64,000 nt of DNA, taken from Deltaproteobacteria bacterium TL4. Lineage in GTDB: Bacteria > SAR324 > NAC60-12. The notes under the pieces were generated by a model. That model was not told where the DNA came from, did no database searches, and was given only the letters and a program-made list of their open reading frames with translations. Shown in pieces: positions 58,619 through 64,000 of this stretch; the first letter of the stretch is position 1; the number at the start of each line of letters is the position of its first letter. The translations under genes and the position numbers were made by a program. Where the stretch lies: the NCBI GenBank assembly GCA_051382335.1, contig JBBCAX010000025.1, forward strand, positions 1-64,000, in the 5' to 3' direction.

Positions 58619-60808
58619 ATGTCGAACGAAAAATCAGAACAAACTTATTACCGTAATTGTAACTTGTGTGAAGCAACTTGCGGTCTTGAAATTCAAGTTA
58701 AGGACAATCAGATTGTTTCGATTCGTGGAGATCAAAAAGATCCGTTAAGTCAAGGCTATCTTTGCCCCAAAGCAACAGCGTTGGAAGACCTTCAAAAGGA
58801 TCCTGACCGCTTGAAATATCCTGTCCGTCGAACTCAACAGGGCTGGGAACAAATGGAATGGGATGAAGCCTTTGAGGAGGTGAGTCATCAGCTTAAGGCG
58901 ATACAAGGTAAATACGGAAGACACGCGGTTGGAAGTTACTTGGGAAATCCGAATGTCCACAGCTTGGGTGCCTCATTATTTGCCCCTGCATTGGTGCAAA
59001 GCTTGAAGACAGCCAACCACTATTCTGCGTCAACGGTGGATCAGTTTCCTCATCAATTTGTTTCCTACCTTATGTTCGGACATCAACTTTGTATCCCTAT
59101 ACCCGACGTAGAACGAACCAATTTTTTTCTCATGTTGGGGGCAAATCCTTTAGCTTCGAATGGAAGTATGATGACGGCCCCGAATATTGCCAATCGACTC
59201 AAAGCGCTTCAGCAGCGAGGAGGGAAGTTGGTTGTTGTCGATCCCCGTCATACCCAAACAGCTGATTTGGCAGACCAACACTTTTATATACGCCCAGGAA
59301 CTGATGTCTATTTGATGTTAGCGCTTCTTCATACGGTTTTTGACGAAAAATTGAGCCAATTAGGCCATTTGGCTTCTATTGTCGATGGCGTGGAAACGGT
59401 TCAAGCATGGGTACTTCACTTTCCTCCTGAAAAAGTGGAAGCCATTACAGGCGTTTCTGCAAAAAACATCCGTCAACTCGCGCGTGATTTTGCTCGGGCC
59501 GCTTCTGCGGTATGCTATGGCAGGCTTGGCGTATCGGTTCAAGAATTTGGGAGCATTACGCAATGGCTGATTACTGTGTTCAACATCGTTACAGGGAATT
59601 TGGATCGGCCTGGAGGTGCCCTGTTTACGAAACCCGCAATAGATCTCTTAAAGCTGACCGCAATGATTGGGCAACAGGGACACTATGCGAGACGTTACAG
59701 CCGAGTTCGGAATTTGCCCGAATTTGCGGGGGAATTTCCAGTCGCGACAATGGCCGAGGAAATCCTGACCGAAGGCAAGGGGCAAATCAAAGCGCTGGTT
59801 ACGATTGCGGGAAATCCCGTGCTGTCAACACCTAATGGTCGTCAACTTGAAAAAGCCCTTGCATCTTTGGAATTTATGGTTGCCATTGATTTTTATATCA
59901 ATGAAACCACCAAACATGCCAACATCATCCTTCCTCCAACTTCGCCGTTGGAACGGATACATTATGACATCGTCTTTCATGCGTTGGCAGTACATAACAC
60001 AGCCAAATACTCTCCTGCCGCCTTGCAGGCTCCGCCGAATACAAAACATGATTGGGAGATATGCCTTGAGCTTCAAAGGCGCATGACGACCAAAGCGCCA
60101 TTGCATCAACTGACAAAACGTTTGAGTCAGAAAACGATGGAACATTTGTTTCCGGATCCTGTTCTGGATTTGCTTCTTCGTTTTGGTCCCTATGGAGATA
60201 AAGGGAATCCCCTGAGTCAGGGAATTAATCTTAAAAAACTCAAAAAAGAACCCCACGGAATCGATTTGGGTCCCTTGGAACCCTGCATGCCGGAACGACT
60301 CTTTCACAAAAACAAACGCATTCCGCTTGTTCCGCAGGTCATGCTCCAGGAACTGGAACGAGCCAAAGTCAGACTGGCACAATTTTCAACAAATACAGAA
60401 AACAAGAAGGAATGGGATCTGCTCCTCATTGGCAGAAGAAATCTTCGTACATGCAATTCCTGGATGCATAACAGCCAACGTCTAGTTAAGGGCAAAAATC
60501 GTTGCACCGCATTAATTCACCCCACTGATGCGGAGAAAAGAGGGATTCACCAGGGAGATGCCCTTCGTGTCAGCTCACGAGTCGGTTTTCTTGAAATTGA
60601 GGCTGAAATCGATCAGAACATTATGCCCGGAGTTATCAGCATTCCTCACGGGTGGGGGCATGACCGTGAAGGCATTCAACTGCGAGTGGCGCAGCAAAAC
60701 GCAGGCGTAAGTATCAACGATATTACGGATGACGCCATGATTGATCCCTTATGCGGAAACGCTGTCTTGAATGGCGTTCCAGTCAGGGTTGAAAAGAATA
60801 GTCATTGA
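58619..60808 (+). CDS. Cytoplasmic DMSO-reductase-superfamily molybdopterin oxidoreductase of unknown substrate
   Basis: N-terminal CNLCEATCG..C Fe-S motif, DRLKYP, GANPLASNGS, VVVDPR, INETT, RR..NSWMHN, PHGWGH. No Tat signal. Confidence 0.88.
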   Translation: MSNEKSEQTYYRNCNLCEATCGLEIQVKDNQIVSIRGDQKDPLSQGYLCPKATALEDLQKDPDRLKYPVRRTQQGWEQMEWDEAFEEVSHQLKAIQGKYGRHAVGSYLGNPNVHSLGASLFAPALVQSLKTANHYSASTVDQFPHQFVSYLMFGHQLCIPIPDVERTNFFLMLGANPLASNGSMMTAPNIANRLKALQQRGGKLVVVDPRHTQTADLADQHFYIRPGTDVYLMLALLHTVFDEKLSQLGHLASIVDGVETVQAWVLHFPPEKVEAITGVSAKNIRQLARDFARAASAVCYGRLGVSVQEFGSITQWLITVFNIVTGNLDRPGGALFTKPAIDLLKLTAMIGQQGHYARRYSRVRNLPEFAGEFPVATMAEEILTEGKGQIKALVTIAGNPVLSTPNGRQLEKALASLEFMVAIDFYINETTKHANIILPPTSPLERIHYDIVFHALAVHNTAKYSPAALQAPPNTKHDWEICLELQRRMTTKAPLHQLTKRLSQKTMEHLFPDPVLDLLLRFGPYGDKGNPLSQGINLKKLKKEPHGIDLGPLEPCMPERLFHKNKRIPLVPQVMLQELERAKVRLAQFSTNTENKKEWDLLLIGRRNLRTCNSWMHNSQRLVKGKNRCTALIHPTDAEKRGIHQGDALRVSSRVGFLEIEAEIDQNIMPGVISIPHGWGHDREGIQLRVAQQNAGVSINDITDDAMIDPLCGNAVLNGVPVRVEKNSH

Positions 60809-60893
60809 GATCAAAACATCCAACATCAACAATTTCCGTTGATTGCTGGAAAAAATCAATGCCCTGTGGGCCAGGATTAACACGGAAAAAATG

Positions 60894-60922
60894 TTTACAT
60901 CAAAGCTTAATCGGTTTATAAT
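60894..60922 (+). promoter_or_regulatory. Sigma70-type promoter
   Basis: TTTACA (60894-60899) - 17 nt - TATAAT (60917-60922), upstream of the ORF at 61033. Confidence 0.65.
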
Positions 60923-61032
60923 CAAATCAAAACGCCCGCTGTTGCGACCTTCAAAGGGGGTGCTAGCCCACCCTTCATTTTCCTGTTCTGCAACAGCGAC
61001 TCATTAGAATCATGGACCCAAGGAGACACATC

Positions 61033-64000
61033 ATGAGATCCCAGCGACTTCACCTGATCCTGAAAATAATTTTTATTGGAATCTTGTTAAGCTTTGTTAA
61101 TGCTTGTAATGAGTTGAAGCAAACGGAGCAAGCCTCACCTGTGGAGGATTCGCCAACAACCACCCTACAAAGCAATCAAAACCAGGAGGCGTTGGATGCT
61201 TCCGCTGATGCTTCCGTTATTGGAGTCTCAGCGGAGACTGTTTCGAACTCCGGAGGGGGTAACGAATCTCAGAACCTCAACCAGGACCCCAACCTTTACA
61301 ATCCTGAAGAAAACCAACCGGTGCCTCCTAAAATCAAGGAGGAAACGTCCCCAATGCCGATGCAACCAACCCCTGCTGTTGGTCAGTTTGAATTTCGATC
61401 GGCAGAAAATCGGAATGTTTCCTTAGAGGACACTCAAAATGAGGCCCTTGATCTGACAGGAGTGCCTAACGGAAGTGGGCTGGTGAATGCGGTCAGTAAT
61501 GACGTCAAGAGCAATACGGTTTCAGAGGGAGGGACTCTGCCCGCTGCAGGAGTGGCAGGAAATGACGCCGCAGGAAGTGCGGAAACCAAGACGGATAGCG
61601 TGGAAGAAGGCGATATTTATCGGGTTTCTCCGGACGGCTTGATTTTCAATCTGAATGCATACCGTGGCTTACAAATCATTGATTTCAAGAACCCCACGGA
61701 TCCTCAAATCGTAGGACGATTGCGCATAACGGGGTCTCCGGTTGAAATGTACCAGGTAGGAAACACCCTTCTGGTGCTATTGAATCATTGGAACCAGTAT
61801 CAAGGGATTATGGAAGACGGAACCAACCGCTTGGCGGCATTAAATTATTATGGAGGTGGCGTAATTTTAGTGGTAGACGTCAGTAAGCCATCCCAACCTA
61901 AACTCCTCCAGCAAGAAACGGTCGCCGGTATTATTTCCTCAAGCCGCTTAACCCGAAGTGACAACCAGTCCGCGTTATTTGTGGTCTCCAATAATGCGCA
62001 GGAGACCTTGGTTAAAAGCTATGCCTTCTCATCTTCAGGCCAATTGAAAGCCGCGAGTTCTCTCAATTTGGGAGGGTATGTCAGTGTCATTCAAGCGACG
62101 CCAGCCCGCTTACTCATTGCCCGTAATCGATGGGAAACCAATCGTTATTATTCGGAAGTCACCGTGATTGATATCTCGGATGCGGGAGGATCAATGAAAG
62201 AAAGTGGTTCTGCCCAAGTAGCGGGACTGGTCCAAAACAAACACAATCTGAATATTGAAGGGACGGTCCTCAGAGTCGTTTCCTCAGGGTGGACAGGAAA
62301 AGGCTTGGAAAACCATCTGCAAACTTTTGACGCGAGTCATCTGGAAAGCCTGAAGGCGTTGGATATGGCGTCTTTCGCTCCAGAGCAGAGTTTATTCGCT
62401 ACCCTTTTTATGGGAGAAAAAGCTTTTTTTGTGACCTATCTTCGTAAAGATCCCTTTCATACCTTTGAAGTGGATGCCCAGGGTAAAATCACAGAACATT
62501 CGGAATTCATTGTATCCGGGTGGAATGACTTTTTTCAACCGGCCTTCAACCAAACGCGTCTGCTAGGCATTGGAAAAAATGATGAAAAGGGTGTCAATCT
62601 TGCGGTCAGTTTATACGATGTGACCGATTTGAAGAATAAAACACCGCTTTTAGCCCGTGCCGAAATAGGCTTGCAGCAGAGTTGGTCTGAGGCCAACTGG
62701 GATGATCGTGCGTTTTCCGTGTTAGAAAACGCGACTCAGATCACGACGGACCAGGGCGTCCCCGAAACAGGTCTGATTCTCCTGCCCTTTTCAGGATGGA
62801 GTAAGGAGACGGGTTATCAATACACCTCAGGGGTGCAAATCTTCACCTTTTCCGCAACCACGTTGACCCGGCGTGGCGTGATGCTGCATGACAGCGCCGT
62901 CCGTCGGACTTTCCTGGCGGATTCTCAAGCTTCCACGACCGCTAATTTGTCTGAAAGTAAATTAAGCTTCTTTAATACCTCAAATCCTGACGATCCCAGT
63001 GCTTTAGGAGCAGTGGAACTGGCACCAGATTATTCTCAATTTTTTGTGATCGGAGACTACGGAATTCGGCGAAAACGCGCAACCTATGATTATTGGCTGG
63101 CTTATGACAGCATGATGGCATCTTCACAAGATCAACTCCAAGTCGTAAGTCTGACAGAAGATGCGGATTTGGCCATCCCGCAGGCGGTAGTCTCCATCCC
63201 CTCACTGGCACAAAGCTATCAAGTGGGAAACTTGTTAGTGACGGTTCAACAACAATGGAAAGAGGAAACCTGGCAGACCGCAATTGATGTCTGGGATTTT
63301 CAGCGACCGACGCAACCTGTCAAAACCGGCAATGTGACAACCACGGAATTAGTTCCTGGAGGAGCTTATGCTTACGCGAACAAGGAACTTTTTATGAACA
63401 CTCCGAGGGTTGACACGGTTGGTCCCACCATCAACACGACAGGCGCGGAACAGAAGGTTCGCTCCCTTAACACAAAACGTGAAACCAAAGCAGAACTCGC
63501 AACTGATGCTTCAGGAAGCGCTGCATCGGATGTGGCTCCAGGGTATTATCCGGGAAGCGTCTCGCAAACATTGATTCTCAATCAAGCCGTGGTTTTTGTC
63601 AACTCAGTGAATCATAGCGAACTGCAAGGGAAAATCCGAGTTCGCTCGATTTATCCCGTACCACAGAAATCACCTGTCATCAATTTAGAAATTTGTAACG
63701 GACAGGAACCGGCTGTGAATGGAGGAATGATGGACACTTCTACGGGTCCGGTTCTTCTGGATGGAACCATAAAAAATACGGCCTCTTCTGCGACCGATGC
63801 CACTTCCGGCACCCCATCCGGGACAACCACACCTTCCACTGAAATAAAACCGGGAACGCCCAACAGTTCGGGAACCAGCAGCAACCAATGTTCCTATACC
63901 TATTATGCCGGAGGAGTCTTTTGCCAACAGCTAATTTACCTGGATGGGACAGTGGAACCGGAGCAATGTACTGGAGCAATTCAGTGGTGTGCTTATAATT
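61033..64000 (+). CDS. Large beta-propeller-domain lipoprotein, partial (runs off the window; not in the ORF track)
   Basis: AGGAG RBS at 61021. MRSQRLHLILKIIFIGILLSFVNAC lipobox, VEEGDIYRV, NAYRGLQIID, PVEMY, FATLFMGEKAFFVTYLRKDPF, SGWNDFFQP. The frame appears open for about 989 codons. Confidence 0.82.
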   Translation, partial: MRSQRLHLILKIIFIGILLSFVNACNELKQTEQASPVEDSPTTTLQSNQNQEALDASADASVIGVSAETVSNSGGGNESQNLNQDPNLYNPEENQPVPPKIKEETSPMPMQPTPAVGQFEFRSAENRNVSLEDTQNEALDLTGVPNGSGLVNAVSNDVKSNTVSEGGTLPAAGVAGNDAAGSAETKTDSVEEGDIYRVSPDGLIFNLNAYRGLQIIDFKNPTDPQIVGRLRITGSPVEMYQVGNTLLVLLNHWNQYQGIMEDGTNRLAALNYYGGGVILVVDVSKPSQPKLLQQETVAGIISSSRLTRSDNQSALFVVSNNAQETLVKSYAFSSSGQLKAASSLNLGGYVSVIQATPARLLIARNRWETNRYYSEVTVIDISDAGGSMKESGSAQVAGLVQNKHNLNIEGTVLRVVSSGWTGKGLENHLQTFDASHLESLKALDMASFAPEQSLFATLFMGEKAFFVTYLRKDPFHTFEVDAQGKITEHSEFIVSGWNDFFQPAFNQTRLLGIGKNDEKGVNLAVSLYDVTDLKNKTPLLARAEIGLQQSWSEANWDDRAFSVLENATQITTDQGVPETGLILLPFSGWSKETGYQYTSGVQIFTFSATTLTRRGVMLHDSAVRRTFLADSQASTTANLSESKLSFFNTSNPDDPSALGAVELAPDYSQFFVIGDYGIRRKRATYDYWLAYDSMMASSQDQLQVVSLTEDADLAIPQAVVSIPSLAQSYQVGNLLVTVQQQWKEETWQTAIDVWDFQRPTQPVKTGNVTTTELVPGGAYAYANKELFMNTPRVDTVGPTINTTGAEQKVRSLNTKRETKAELATDASGSAASDVAPGYYPGSVSQTLILNQAVVFVNSVNHSELQGKIRVRSIYPVPQKSPVINLEICNGQEPAVNGGMMDTSTGPVLLDGTIKNTASSATDATSGTPSGTTTPSTEIKPGTPNSSGTSSNQCSYTYYAGGVFCQQLIYLDGTVEPEQCTGAIQWCAYN

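Noticed and set aside
1..64000. tRNA or rRNA genes
   Set aside because: No cloverleaf with a T-loop GTTC motif or rRNA-like segment was seen in any intergenic gap.

Overview
Chromosomal window of about 43-45% GC from a Gram-negative bacterium, probably of a deltaproteobacterial-type lineage (inferred from gene content and EF-G type, not demonstrated). From left to right: (1) a REP-bracketed coiled-coil/PD-(D/E)XK gene, an ABC-F ATPase and an orphan multi-PAS kinase. (2) A ~15 kb co-oriented energy cluster with an apparently active 2-oxoacid:ferredoxin oxidoreductase (alpha/beta) and a complete rnfB..CDGEA set. Interleaved in it are two large PFOR-derived paralogues that have lost the catalytic/TPP motifs but kept their ferredoxin clusters and share homologous C-terminal halves. 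(3) Two tandem, very large multiheme cytochrome c/cytochrome b fusions (about 16 and 19 heme motifs). (4) folK, hemE, an orphan DnaC/IstB-like ATPase, argC, a stand-alone RapZ C-domain and rimO. (5) The str-S10-spc-alpha ribosomal superoperon, which cleanly lacks rplC (L3) and rpsD (S4) and carries an EF-G with degenerate domain IV tip loops. (6) leuS and a run of orphan genes ending in a large beta-propeller lipoprotein that runs off the window and is absent from the ORF track. The best candidate for an undescribed system is the OFOR / pseudo-PFOR / Rnf cluster, possibly linked to the adjacent giant multiheme quinone oxidoreductases. All calls are from manual motif reading; no searches were run.
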